The notes under the pieces were generated by a model. It saw nothing but the letters and a program-made list of their open reading frames with translations. It made no database searches and was not told the DNA's origin. DNA of 64,000 bases, from positions 666,107-730,106 of the forward strand of contig CAWAGG010000006.1 of assembly GCA_963781595.1 (NCBI GenBank), given 5' to 3'. Each line of letters starts with the position of its first letter. Within the stretch, counting starts at the first letter, position 1. The position numbers and the translations under genes were made by a program. Below are positions 11,875 through 20,667 of the stretch, piece by piece. The stretch is from an uncultured Actinomycetota bacterium. GTDB lineage: Bacteria > Actinomycetota > UBA4738.

Positions 11875-11886
11875 CCTGTTAACAGG
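11875..11886. promoter_or_regulatory. Perfect 12-bp palindrome CCTGTTAACAGG in the divergent promoter region
   Basis: Self-complementary with an AT-rich core in GC-rich DNA. It lies 26 bp upstream of the XRE-TPR start and just upstream of the putative peptide-gene promoter. Confidence 0.4.
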
Positions 11887-11891
11887 TCACC

Positions 11892-11921
11892 TTGACTGGA
11901 AGTTAAGCCGATGAGTACCAT
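11892..11921 (+). promoter_or_regulatory. Putative sigma-70 type promoter for the small peptide gene
   Basis: TTGACT (11892-11897), an 18-nt spacer, then TACCAT (11916-11921). An SD GGAAGGAGG lies at 11938-11946. Confidence 0.35.
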
Positions 11922-11952
11922 CGGGCATCTTGTCGGCGGAAGGAGGCTCCAG

Positions 11953-12057
11953 ATGAAGCGTTGGTTCAGGACCGCGTTGGCGGTCGCGACGACGCTCGCG
12001 TTGCTCGCCGTGTTGAACATGGGCGTGATGGCTGGCTTCCCCTGGTCCGAGCACTGA
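11953..12057 (+). CDS. 34-aa peptide with a signal/TM-like N-terminus: MKRWFRTALAVATTLALLAVLNMGVMAGFPWSEH (not in the ORF track)
   Basis: A strong SD lies 6 nt upstream of the ATG. The peptide has a basic N-terminus, a hydrophobic core and a short polar tail. TGA at 12055-12057, 10 nt before the SARP gene. Confidence 0.5.
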   Translation: MKRWFRTALAVATTLALLAVLNMGVMAGFPWSEH

Positions 12058-12067
12058 TCGGGATCGG

Positions 12068-12904
12068 GTGACGGTCACCTCGTCGCGCGACGGTGCGCCG
12101 CATGGCGCGAACGAGGGGGGCCGTTCCACACGGGCAGCGCCGATCGAGGCGCTGCGGGGGGGGTCTGAAGGATCCAACGGCGCCGCTGGGAGCACCCGGC
12201 TCCGGCTCCTCGGGCGCTTCGAACTCACCATCGACGGTGTCCCGAGGACGGTCCCCATCGCGGGACGAACGGTCCTCGCGCTCGTGGCGCTGGCCGAACG
12301 ACCGGTCCCGGTGAGCGACGCGGCCGCGACCCTGTGGCCCGCGACGGACCCCGGATGGGCGCCGGAGCGCCTCCGGTACGCGATGGAGAGCCTGGAGCGC
12401 GCGGGGCTCGACCTCGTCGACGAGCGTGATGGGATGCTGTCGCTCTGTCCGAACGTGCGGGTCGACGTCGCCGAGTCGCTCGCCACGGCTGCCTGGATCT
12501 CGAGCATGCCCGCAGCCGTGGCCGTCCCGCTCGACGAGGTCGCGGCGGAGGTTCGCCGCTGGGGCGACCTCCTCCCGGGCTGGTCCGACGATCACATCCT
12601 GATCGAACGGGAGCGCGTCCGGCGGATCCGCCTGCGTGCGCTCGAGGAGCTGGCCGAGCGATCGCTCCGTGACGGACGAGCCCGCGATGCGATCGAGGCC
12701 GCGAGCGCCGCCGTCGAGGCCGAACCCCTCCGCGAACGCGCCTGGAGCGCGTTGATCCGTGCCCACCTGGCCGCCGGCGACGCCCCGGGCGCGATACGCC
12801 GCTACGCCGCGTTCCATCGGCTCCTGTTCGGCGAGCTCCGGCGCGTCCCATCGATCGACCTCGAAGACCTGGTGCCCCCGCTGACGGTGGCGCTGACGAC
12901 GTGA
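12068..12904 (+). CDS. SARP/AfsR-type regulator (OmpR-like winged helix plus BTAD domain)
   Basis: LRLLGRFELTIDGVPRTVP...LLALVALA is followed by the BTAD signature EPLRERAWSALIRAHLAAGDAPGAIRRYAAFHRLLFGEL. Confidence 0.8.
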   Translation: MTVTSSRDGAPHGANEGGRSTRAAPIEALRGGSEGSNGAAGSTRLRLLGRFELTIDGVPRTVPIAGRTVLALVALAERPVPVSDAAATLWPATDPGWAPERLRYAMESLERAGLDLVDERDGMLSLCPNVRVDVAESLATAAWISSMPAAVAVPLDEVAAEVRRWGDLLPGWSDDHILIERERVRRIRLRALEELAERSLRDGRARDAIEAASAAVEAEPLRERAWSALIRAHLAAGDAPGAIRRYAAFHRLLFGELRRVPSIDLEDLVPPLTVALTT

Positions 12905-13221
12905 CCGTTCCGTCGTACGAGGGGGTCGAGGGGGTCGAGGGGGTCGAGGGGGTCGAGAGGTCGACCCACGGTCCGGGCTTCGCTCGCGCCGATCCCGACG
13001 CCGAGCGGACCGGGGTCATGGTCATCCGCGTCTGGATGGAGGGAGCCGGTCCGGTCGACGGGGAGGTCCGTGGCAGGATCACGTGGCGCCCGGACGTGGA
13101 TGCGTCCGGCGAGGAGGTGTTGGTCGCGGCCTCGACCGACGAGATCGCCGGGATCGTGGCGCGCCTCCTGGCCTCGTTCACGTGCCGCGACGCGGACCCT
13201 GCGGCCGACCCGCACGCGTAG
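12901..13221 (+). CDS. Small hypothetical protein translationally coupled to the SARP gene
   Basis: GTGA start/stop overlap at 12901-12904. Contains an (EGV)x4 repeat and the block VMVIRVWMEGAG...EVRGRITW. Confidence 0.5.
   Translation: MTVPSYEGVEGVEGVEGVERSTHGPGFARADPDAERTGVMVIRVWMEGAGPVDGEVRGRITWRPDVDASGEEVLVAASTDEIAGIVARLLASFTCRDADPAADPHA
12921..12956 (+). repeat. 9-bp tandem repeat gggggtcga x4
   Basis: Four perfect head-to-tail copies read directly from the sequence. They encode EGVEGVEGVEGV. Confidence 0.9.
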
Positions 13222-13260
13222 ACTGCCGATCCGACGAGTACGTCCGAGGAAGGGCCCGAC

Positions 13261-13743
13261 ATGCTGGCCGAAGGCGCCGTCGCACCGTCGTTCACGCTCC
13301 CGGATCAGGACGGGAACCCGGTCTCGCTCGCCGATCTGGCGGGGCGCTGGGTGGTGCTGTGGTGGTTCCCGAAGGCGTTCACGAGCGGCTGACGGCAGGA
13401 GCTGCAGGGGTTCCGTGACCGAACCCCCGAGTTCGAGGCCGCCGGCGTGGTCATGCTGGCCGCGTCGTTCGACACCCCGCAGGACAACCGGGCGTTCGCC
13501 GAACGGTACGCCTACCGGGGGACGCTCCTGTCCGACGTCGACCGGATCGCGGGCGCCGCGTACCAGACGGTCCGGCCAGCGGACGATCCCTCGGCCGAGT
13601 ACGCGAAGCGCCGAACGTTCGTGATCGACCCGGAGGGCGTGATCCGCCGGGTCTACGCGGTCAAGGACATCCCGGCGCATCCCACCGAGGTCCTGCAGGA
13701 TCTGCGCGAGCTGGGTGCGATCCCGTCCCGGCCCGGTCCCTAA
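13261..13743 (+). CDS. bcp: Bcp/PrxQ-type peroxiredoxin with an in-frame TGA (13390-13392) at the peroxidatic Cys position; candidate selenoprotein
   Basis: ATG at 13261 after GAGGAAGG. The product reads ...WWFPKAFTSG[TGA]RQELQGFRD..., which aligns to the Bcp active site PK..T.GC..E...FRD. The downstream ORF (13447..13743) is in the same frame. Confidence 0.65.
13399..13434 (+). promoter_or_regulatory. SECIS-like stem-loop beginning 6 nt after the in-frame TGA
   Basis: Upper stem GGGGUUC (13407-13413) pairs with GAACCCC (13421-13427) around the loop CGUGACC. Lower stem GAGCU (13399-13403) pairs with AGUUC (13430-13434) across a small internal loop. Confidence 0.45.
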
Positions 13744-15128
13744 GGCGGCGTCCGCATCGAGTCGAGCAGCGATGCGACGCTGCCGGCCGTCGTCAGCGGG
13801 TTGACGAAGCAGAACCGCATCACGCGTTCGCCCTTCCAGGTGCTCGGCAGCACGAACGCCCGCTGCTCGTCGAGCGACCGTCTCGACCAGGTCACGTAGT
13901 CATCCCCGCTCCAGCCCTCGCGGCGGAACACGACGATCGACAGCTCCGGTTCGAGCACGAGCTCGAAGCCGGGTCGGTGCTGGATGTCCTCGGCCACCTC
14001 GCGCGTGAGCGCAAGGACGTGCTCGACGCCGTCCCGGTACGCGTCGGTGCCGTGGGCGGCGAGCGAGAACCAGAACGGGAGGCCGCGCAGGCGGCGCGTC
14101 AGGTGGTACGCGTAGTGCGTCGGGTTCCATCCGCCCGAGATGTTCACGTCCTCGAGGTAGGCGGCCTCCTGCGTGTGCGCCGCCGCCGCGAGCCGGGGAT
14201 CGCGGTAGAGCAGCGCCGCGCAGTCGTACGGGGCGAACAGCCACTTGTGCGGATCGATCACCAGGGAGTTGGCCTCCTCGATCCCGTCGAACGACGGCCG
14301 GGCCGACGGGGCGGCCAGCGCCGCGCCCCCGTAGGCCGCGTCCACGTGGAACCAGACCGAGTGCCGTCGGCAGACCTCTGCGACGCCCGCCAGGTCGTCG
14401 ACGATGCCGACGTTCGTCGTCCCGGCGGTTGCGACGACTGCGAACAGTCCTTCGAGATCCTCGGCCGAGAGCGCCTCGATCGCCGTGGCGAGGTTCGACC
14501 CCGTGAGCCGGCCGCGCTCGTCGGGCGTGACGGGCACGACCTGGCTGTTCATGATCCGGGCGGCGGAGCGTATCGACGAATGCGCCTCGTCCACGGCCGC
14601 GATCCGCCATCGCGCCGGGCGGCCGAGCCCGTCCGCCCGTCGACGAGCGAGGGCGGCGTGGCGGGCGGCGACGAGTCCGCTCAGGTTCCCGGCGGACCCG
14701 CCAGAGACGAAGGTTCCCCCGGCCTCAGGCGGCAGGCCTGCCAGATCGGCGAGCCACCGGAGCGCCTGGTTCTCCGCGTAGACGCCGCCCGCGGCCTCCA
14801 TCCAGGTCGCGCCGACCGTGGAGGACGCGCTCACGATCAGATCGAACAGCACCGACGCCTTCGTGGGGGCCGCCGGCACGAACGCGAGGAACAGCGGATG
14901 GTCCGTGGAGATCGTGGCCGGCGCGAGCCGGTCGCGGTAGATGCGGAACGCCTCTTGCGCGCCCAAGCCCGTGTCGGTGATCGTCGCGCCGACGTGCGCC
15001 GCGAGCGACTCCGGCGACTCCGGCCGGTCGAGGGGTGGGGGATCGAGGGAGAGCCGGCGCGTCGCGTACTCGACGATCGCCGATCCGATCTCGGCGGTCT
15101 CCGGCGTGTAACGGTGCATCCGCTCCAT
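13740..15128 (-). CDS. Group II pyridoxal-phosphate-dependent decarboxylase
   Basis: ATG at 15128 verified (MERMHRYTPE). Motifs include SGGSAGNLSGL, HVDAAYGGAA and the PLP-lysine motif VIDPHKWLFAPYDC. The 257 upstream codons of the track ORF are Pro/Arg junk. Confidence 0.85.
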   Translation of the reverse strand: MERMHRYTPETAEIGSAIVEYATRRLSLDPPPLDRPESPESLAAHVGATITDTGLGAQEAFRIYRDRLAPATISTDHPLFLAFVPAAPTKASVLFDLIVSASSTVGATWMEAAGGVYAENQALRWLADLAGLPPEAGGTFVSGGSAGNLSGLVAARHAALARRRADGLGRPARWRIAAVDEAHSSIRSAARIMNSQVVPVTPDERGRLTGSNLATAIEALSAEDLEGLFAVVATAGTTNVGIVDDLAGVAEVCRRHSVWFHVDAAYGGAALAAPSARPSFDGIEEANSLVIDPHKWLFAPYDCAALLYRDPRLAAAAHTQEAAYLEDVNISGGWNPTHYAYHLTRRLRGLPFWFSLAAHGTDAYRDGVEHVLALTREVAEDIQHRPGFELVLEPELSIVVFRREGWSGDDYVTWSRRSLDEQRAFVLPSTWKGERVMRFCFVNPLTTAGSVASLLDSMRTPP

Positions 15129-15217
15129 CGGGCCGTGGAGTCTAACGAAGGCCGGCTCCCCGGCAGCTCGCGGTCGCGCTGGAGGCAGGCGTGGTTCGCC
15201 CGGATCGAGCGCCTCGG

Positions 15218-16087
15218 TCAGATGGCCCAGATCTGGACCTGGCCGCACTCGGGGCATGTGCCCGCGTAGCGCCAGTCGCTCTCCGGGTCGCGCGGCAGCG
15301 GCACCCCGCATTTCTCGCAGCTGTTGAACCCCTTCTGGCCCAACGCCTGGGACAGACGGGCGAACGCGTTCTCGCGACGGAACCCGCGGATGTCGGGGAC
15401 CGGGCGGTGGCGCATCCGCGGGATCCCGGTCCCGGGGTAGCTCGCCGCAGGGTCGAGCTCGAACGGATCGACGGGCATGGGCTCGCGCGGGGGACGCCGC
15501 GGCTGGATCCGGCGGGGCTCTGGGATCGCGGGTGCCGGGATGCCACGGACAGGCGCCTGGCGGGGCGGGACCGGACGGAGGGGGGCGCGCCGCGCCGGGG
15601 CGCGCCGGGGCGGGGGAACGGCGCGCGGCTGCGCCGGCCGAGGAGCGGGGACGCGCCGGGACGCAGCCGGACGCGGCGCGGTCCTCCCGGGGGTTTGCGG
15701 GGATCGCAGCGGGACCCGCTGGGCCGCCGTCCTGCGCGACGGCAGGCGACGGGGCGGCGCGAGCGGTTCCCAGGGCACGACGAGCGGCGGCGGGCCGTCC
15801 GGCCAGGGCGCGGCCCACTCCTGGAGCGTCCCGCACCGCGGGCACGTTCCGGCGAGCCGCCACTCCCGGTGGTCCTCTAGCGGCAGCGGCAGGCCGCACT
15901 CCCCGCAGCTGTTGAAGCCCTTGATGCTGCCGCGTCCGAGGGGCGCGAGCAGGCCCTCACCGCGATGCGGAGAGGGCCGATCTGCGAACGCCATGAGGCC
16001 GATCGGGATCGCTTCGAGTGCCAGCGCCAGTGCGAAGATGCCGTCCATCTGCGACCTGAAGCTATCGGAGCGGAACGAAGTGGTCAA
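15218..16087 (-). CDS. Membrane-anchored protein with two near-identical zinc-ribbon modules joined by a Pro/Arg-rich linker
   Basis: The two modules are KGFNSCGECGLPLPLEDHREWRLAGTCPRCGTLQEW and KGFNSCEKCGVPLPRDPESDWRYAGTCPECGQVQIW. An N-terminal TM segment reads GIFALALALEAIPIGLMAF. Confidence 0.55.
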   Translation of the reverse strand: MTTSFRSDSFRSQMDGIFALALALEAIPIGLMAFADRPSPHRGEGLLAPLGRGSIKGFNSCGECGLPLPLEDHREWRLAGTCPRCGTLQEWAAPWPDGPPPLVVPWEPLAPPRRLPSRRTAAQRVPLRSPQTPGRTAPRPAASRRVPAPRPAQPRAVPPPRRAPARRAPLRPVPPRQAPVRGIPAPAIPEPRRIQPRRPPREPMPVDPFELDPAASYPGTGIPRMRHRPVPDIRGFRRENAFARLSQALGQKGFNSCEKCGVPLPRDPESDWRYAGTCPECGQVQIWAI

Positions 16088-16169
16088 ACATCCAGGCTGG
16101 ACGCTCGCAGGATGCCCGCCGACCGGCGGTCGATTGAATGGTACGTGTTCGGTACCGGGCCCGGATCGA

Positions 16170-17561
16170 TCAACCCGTCAGGTCGGCCGCCGCCTCCGCG
16201 TACACGTCCGTGTGGCGATCCACGTCCGGTTCGGTGGTCGCCGGGGACATCAGCGCCATGTTGTGGAACGGCGTCAACAGGATGCCCCGGTTCAACGCGA
16301 ACAGGTGCATCAACGCATCGAGTGCCGGATCCGCGTTCGCGGCCGCCTCGCTCCCATCACGCGGCCGTCGCGATGAGAACAGGTATTCGGCGCGGCACCC
16401 GAGCCGGGTGATGTGCCACGGCAGTTCGCCGTCGGCGATGACCCGGTCGACGCCGGCCGTGAGTCGCTCGGCCAACCGGATCATCCGTCCGAAGGCGTCG
16501 TCGGTGAGGACCTGGCCGAGGGTCACGCGGATCGCGGCCATCGACAGCGCGTTGCCCGCGAGCGTGCCGCCGATCCCGCCCGTGTCGGCCTCGTGTTCGC
16601 TGGTCATCGGCTCGAGGCGCGCGGCGACCTCCGAGGTGAAGCCGTAGACGGCGGCCGGCACGCCGCTCGCGATGGCCTTGCCGAGGGTCAGGATGTCGGG
16701 CTGGAGGCCGTTCGCGCGGGTGTACCCGCCCGGCCCGGCGCAGATCGTGTGGGTCTCGTCGATCACCAGCAGCGTCCCGGTCCGCCGCGTGATCTCGCGC
16801 AGGGCCTCGTGGTACCCGGGCTCCGGGAGCACGATCCCGATGTTCGTCAGCGCCGGTTCGGCGAGCACGCACGCGACGTCGCCCGGCGCCAGGGCGCGCT
16901 CGAGGGCGTCGATGTCGTTGAATTCGACCACTTTCGTCGTGACCGCCGGGTCGACGGGCGGCCCGAGGTTCCCATCGCGGGCTTTCACGGAGCCATCGGC
17001 GTGCAACGTGATGAACGACTCGTCGACGGTGCCGTGATAACACCAGTTGTAGACGAGGACCTTCGGCCGCCCGGTCAGCGCCCGCGCGAGGCGGATCACG
17101 AACCGGTTCGCGTCGGTGGCCGTGAGGGCGAACTGCCAGAACGGGAGGCCGAACCGCCGGGCCAGCTCCTCGCCGACCCACGCCGAGTCCTCGGTCGGGA
17201 GCATGAACGTGATCCCGAGCGCGGCCTGCCGGGCGATCGCCTCGACCGCCGGTGGCGGCGCGTGTCCTGCCATCGCGCCCGTGTCGCCCAGGCAGAGGTC
17301 GACGTACTCTCGACCGTCCACGTCCGTGAACCGTGCGCCGTGCGCTTCGTCGACGAACACCGGGAAGCCACCGGCCCAGCGCGTCATCCAGTTCATCGGC
17401 ACGCCCGAGAGCAGCGAGCCCTTCGCGCGTTCGAACAGCGCCATCGAACGCGGATGCTCCTGGACGAACCGACGCTCCTCGCGTTCCATCAACGACGTCA
17501 ACCGGTCGCGATCCACGGTGGTCACCGGGCGCAAGCCTCCTCCTGGTCGGCGGACGGCCAA
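16170..17561 (-). CDS. Class III (GSA-aminomutase-like) PLP aminotransferase
   Basis: Motifs DLCLGDTGAMAGH, LVIDETHT and TLGKAIASGVP are present over a length of 463 aa. Confidence 0.8.
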   Translation of the reverse strand: MAVRRPGGGLRPVTTVDRDRLTSLMEREERRFVQEHPRSMALFERAKGSLLSGVPMNWMTRWAGGFPVFVDEAHGARFTDVDGREYVDLCLGDTGAMAGHAPPPAVEAIARQAALGITFMLPTEDSAWVGEELARRFGLPFWQFALTATDANRFVIRLARALTGRPKVLVYNWCYHGTVDESFITLHADGSVKARDGNLGPPVDPAVTTKVVEFNDIDALERALAPGDVACVLAEPALTNIGIVLPEPGYHEALREITRRTGTLLVIDETHTICAGPGGYTRANGLQPDILTLGKAIASGVPAAVYGFTSEVAARLEPMTSEHEADTGGIGGTLAGNALSMAAIRVTLGQVLTDDAFGRMIRLAERLTAGVDRVIADGELPWHITRLGCRAEYLFSSRRPRDGSEAAANADPALDALMHLFALNRGILLTPFHNMALMSPATTEPDVDRHTDVYAEAAADLTG

Positions 17562-17638
17562 GCCTAGCCGTCATCCGGCCTCGTGCCGATCGACGGCCGC
17601 GAACCTCGCCGGCGCGGTCCCGGCGCTAACGTAGGCAG

Positions 17639-18544
17639 ATGCCGGAGCTTCCGGAGGTGCAGGCGCTGGCCGAGCGGCTCGAGGCCGTCCTCGCCGGCGC
17701 GGAGCTGGCCGCGCTCCGGCCGCTGCAGTTCTCCGCGCTGAAGACGTTCGATCCGCCGCCCGAGTCGGTGATCGGCCTGCGCGTCGAGCACGTCGGCCGG
17801 CGCGGGAAGTTCCTGGTGTTCGGGTTCGGCGTGGAAGCGCCGCGCCTGCTGATCCACCTCTCGCAGGGCGGCCGGATCGACGTCGAGTCGCCGCCGAAGG
17901 ACACGAAGCCGAAGGGCTCGGTGCTGCGGCTGCTGTTCCGCGGCCCGGGCCGCCCGTCGATCCTGGTCAAGGAGTTCGGCACCGAACGCAAGGCGGGGTG
18001 GTGGGTCGTGGCGCCCGGCGACGACGGGCCGCTCGCGAAGCTCGGGCCGGAGCCGGATTCGGAGGGGTTCGCAGAGCTGATCCTGCACGGCGACGACCGG
18101 CGGCGGGTCCACACGATCCTGCGTGACCAGCGCTCGGTGGCTGGGATCGGCCGCGGATACACGGACGACGCATTGCACTGCGCGCGCCTGTCGCCGTTCG
18201 CCTCCCTCGCCGGCCTGGACGACGAACAGCGCCGAACGCTCCTGGGTTCGATCCACGAGGTCCTGGACGAGGCGTTGGAGGGCGAACGCCAACGTGAGGG
18301 CGGGCTGCCGCCGAAGCTCGGGGACCGGTTCGTCGCGCACAACCGGTGGGGGACGCCGTGTCCGCGGTGCGGGGACGACCTGCGCCGGGTGTCCTATGAG
18401 AGCCACGAGGTCACGTACTGCCCGACGTGTCAGACCGGCGGCCAGATCCTGGCCGATCGCCGCATGTCCCGGCTGCTCGGCAAGCCGGCTACGACGAAGA
18501 GCCGCAGCGCCGCGCCCGTCGATGAGGAGGCGCCGGCCTCGTGA
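17639..18544 (+). CDS. Fpg/Nei family DNA glycosylase/AP lyase
   Basis: N-terminal MPELPEV. C-terminal zinc finger CPRCG...CPTCQ. Confidence 0.85.
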   Translation: MPELPEVQALAERLEAVLAGAELAALRPLQFSALKTFDPPPESVIGLRVEHVGRRGKFLVFGFGVEAPRLLIHLSQGGRIDVESPPKDTKPKGSVLRLLFRGPGRPSILVKEFGTERKAGWWVVAPGDDGPLAKLGPEPDSEGFAELILHGDDRRRVHTILRDQRSVAGIGRGYTDDALHCARLSPFASLAGLDDEQRRTLLGSIHEVLDEALEGERQREGGLPPKLGDRFVAHNRWGTPCPRCGDDLRRVSYESHEVTYCPTCQTGGQILADRRMSRLLGKPATTKSRSAAPVDEEAPAS

Positions 18545-19530
18545 GCGCCCCCTGGGACGAGCTGGACCGGCGTTCGGTCCAGACGAACGGCATCGAGCTG
18601 TCATCCGTCGAAGCGGGCCCCGGCTCCGGCCCGCTCGTGGTCCTGTGCCACGGGTTCCCCGAGCTCGGATACTCGTGGCGCCACCAGGTGCCGGTGCTGG
18701 CGGATGCTGGGTTCCGTGTGGTGGTGCCGGACATGCGTGGGTACGGCGCCAGTTCCCACCCTTCGGCCGTCGAGGGCTACGATCTGGTCAACCTGGCTGA
18801 CGATATGGCCGGGCTGCTCGACGCCTTGGGTGAGGAACGCGCCGTTTTCGTCGGGCACGACTGGGGTGCTGCGGCCGTGTGGACGCTCGCCACGGTGCAC
18901 CCGGAGCGCGTCGCCGCGGTCGCGGCCCTGAGCGTCCCGTACCGGGCTCGGGGGAAGCGCCCGCCGACCGAGAGCCTGCGGTTCCTGTTCGGCGACACGT
19001 TCTTCTACATGCTGTACTTCCAGGCGGTCGGTCCGGCCGACGAGGAGCTGGCGCGCGACCCGCGGCGGTTCCTCGCGTCGTTCTACTACAGCGCGTCCGG
19101 GGACGACCCCGCCGGGTTCTCGAAGGTGGTCGACCGCCACGGCGCCGCGCTGTTCGACGTCCTGGACGAACCGCCGACGCCCCTCCCGGCGTGGCTCTCG
19201 GACGACGACCTCGATCGGTGCGCGTCGGCGTTCGAGCGGACCGGCTTCACCGGCGGTCTGAACTACTACCGGAACATGGATCGAACGTGGGCGCGGACGG
19301 AGCACGTCGCGGATGCGCACGTGACCCAACCCGCGCTGTTCATCGCCGGCGACCGTGACCTGGTCCTGCGGATGAGCCCGCCGCAGGTCATGGACGGCCT
19401 CGTGGACGACCTCCGCGCGACGGTCCTGATCCCCGGTGCCGGCCACTGGGTCCAGCAGGAACGCCCGGACGAGACGAACGCCGCCCTGCTGAGGTTCCTC
19501 GGCGACCTCGGTTCGCGGCTCCGCTCATAG
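18541..19530 (+). CDS. Alpha/beta hydrolase, epoxide-hydrolase-like
   Basis: GTGA overlap with the Fpg stop. Motifs [15 protein letters not shown] and the nucleophile elbow GHDWGA. Confidence 0.8.
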   Translation: MSAPWDELDRRSVQTNGIELSSVEAGPGSGPLVVLCHGFPELGYSWRHQVPVLADAGFRVVVPDMRGYGASSHPSAVEGYDLVNLADDMAGLLDALGEERAVFVGHDWGAAAVWTLATVHPERVAAVAALSVPYRARGKRPPTESLRFLFGDTFFYMLYFQAVGPADEELARDPRRFLASFYYSASGDDPAGFSKVVDRHGAALFDVLDEPPTPLPAWLSDDDLDRCASAFERTGFTGGLNYYRNMDRTWARTEHVADAHVTQPALFIAGDRDLVLRMSPPQVMDGLVDDLRATVLIPGAGHWVQQERPDETNAALLRFLGDLGSRLRS

Positions 19531-19542
19531 GCGAGCCCCGCG

Positions 19543-20445
19543 ATGGATCGGACCGCCGACGGATCCTTCCAGGAACGGCACGTGGCGGGCCGCGAGTACC
19601 TGGACCTCGTCACGACCCTCCTGCAACGCGAGCGCTTGGCGGATCCGGAGCGAGGCCTGTGGGAGGCGGCCGACCTGCAGTGGTGGTGGCGCCGCGACCA
19701 GCATCGCGAACCCGCCCGCCAGCTGTTCTGGTTCTCCGGGGCGGATCCCGTGGCTGCGGTGATCGTCACGGACTGGGGAGACCGATGGGGGTGCGATCTC
19801 GTCGGCGCCGGGGGCGGCTCCGGGTTGGTTCGGCTCGCGTGGACCCGGGCGCTCGAGATGACCGACGGACTCCCCCACCGACCCGTGGAGATGGCGGTCC
19901 GGGAGGGCGACGGGGCGCTGCTCGACGCGGTCACGTCGGCCGGGTTCGTGGATGCCGGCGAACGGTACGCGACCCTGTGGATGTCCTCCGACGCGCGAGC
20001 CGCCGTACCGCGGCTCCCGGAGGGGTTCGTCCTCCGCTCGAGGGAGGAACTCCAGGGCGCCCCGCATCACATGATCCCCCGGAACGGCGAACACGTGGCC
20101 GAACGACTGGCCGAGTGCACCCTCTATCGTCCGGAGCTCGACCTCGTCGTCCTCGCGCCGACCGGCGAGGCAGCAGCGTACGGGCTGTTCTGGCCCGACC
20201 CGGTCACGCGCGTGGGCCTGGTCGAACCGATGCGAACCGAGGACCGGTACGGCGGGATCGGCCTCGCCGGACACGTCCTGCGCGAGGGCATGGACCGCCT
20301 CGCGCGCCACGGGTGCGCACGGCTGAAGGTCGGGCACGTGATCGGGAACGAAGCCGCACGACGGCTGTACGTGGGCGCGGGCTTCGAGCCCCGTTCGTTC
20401 GAGCGAACGTACGTGCGTCCGGCCGGCGCGGCACACATGCGTTGA
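19543..20445 (+). CDS. GNAT family acetyltransferase
   Basis: The C-terminal region reads YGGIGLAGHVLREGMDRLARHGCARLKV...ARRLYVGAGF. Confidence 0.65.
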   Translation: MDRTADGSFQERHVAGREYLDLVTTLLQRERLADPERGLWEAADLQWWWRRDQHREPARQLFWFSGADPVAAVIVTDWGDRWGCDLVGAGGGSGLVRLAWTRALEMTDGLPHRPVEMAVREGDGALLDAVTSAGFVDAGERYATLWMSSDARAAVPRLPEGFVLRSREELQGAPHHMIPRNGEHVAERLAECTLYRPELDLVVLAPTGEAAAYGLFWPDPVTRVGLVEPMRTEDRYGGIGLAGHVLREGMDRLARHGCARLKVGHVIGNEAARRLYVGAGFEPRSFERTYVRPAGAAHMR

Positions 20446-20637
20446 CAGATCGCGCGCAAGCGTGGTGGAGTGGCGTTTCGAATCCCTATCTTCGGAGTCG
20501 GAATTGATCAGGACGCGGTGCGCAGGGGTGGTCGGGAAGATGATCCCCGACCGCGTGTGTTGTCCGGGCTCATCGCCCGCAGGACGGGCACTTCCCTGAG
20601 CCGCAGCCCGTAGTTCCACCGCGAGTTCGTACCGAGA

Positions 20638-20667
20638 GGGCCGCTGCGGCGGCCCTTCGTCGTTGTT
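20638..20667 (+). promoter_or_regulatory. GC hairpin plus T-rich tail inside the 275-nt leader of the rhodanese gene (attenuator/terminator-like)
   Basis: gggccgc-tgcg-gcggccc (20638-20655) is followed by ttcgtcgttgtt. It lies about 55 nt upstream of the ATG at 20721. Confidence 0.3.

Noticed and set aside
13740-15899. 719-aa reading of the decarboxylase ORF
   Set aside because: The first 257 codons are Pro/Arg junk and overlap the double zinc-ribbon gene in another frame. The conserved protein starts at the ATG at 15128.
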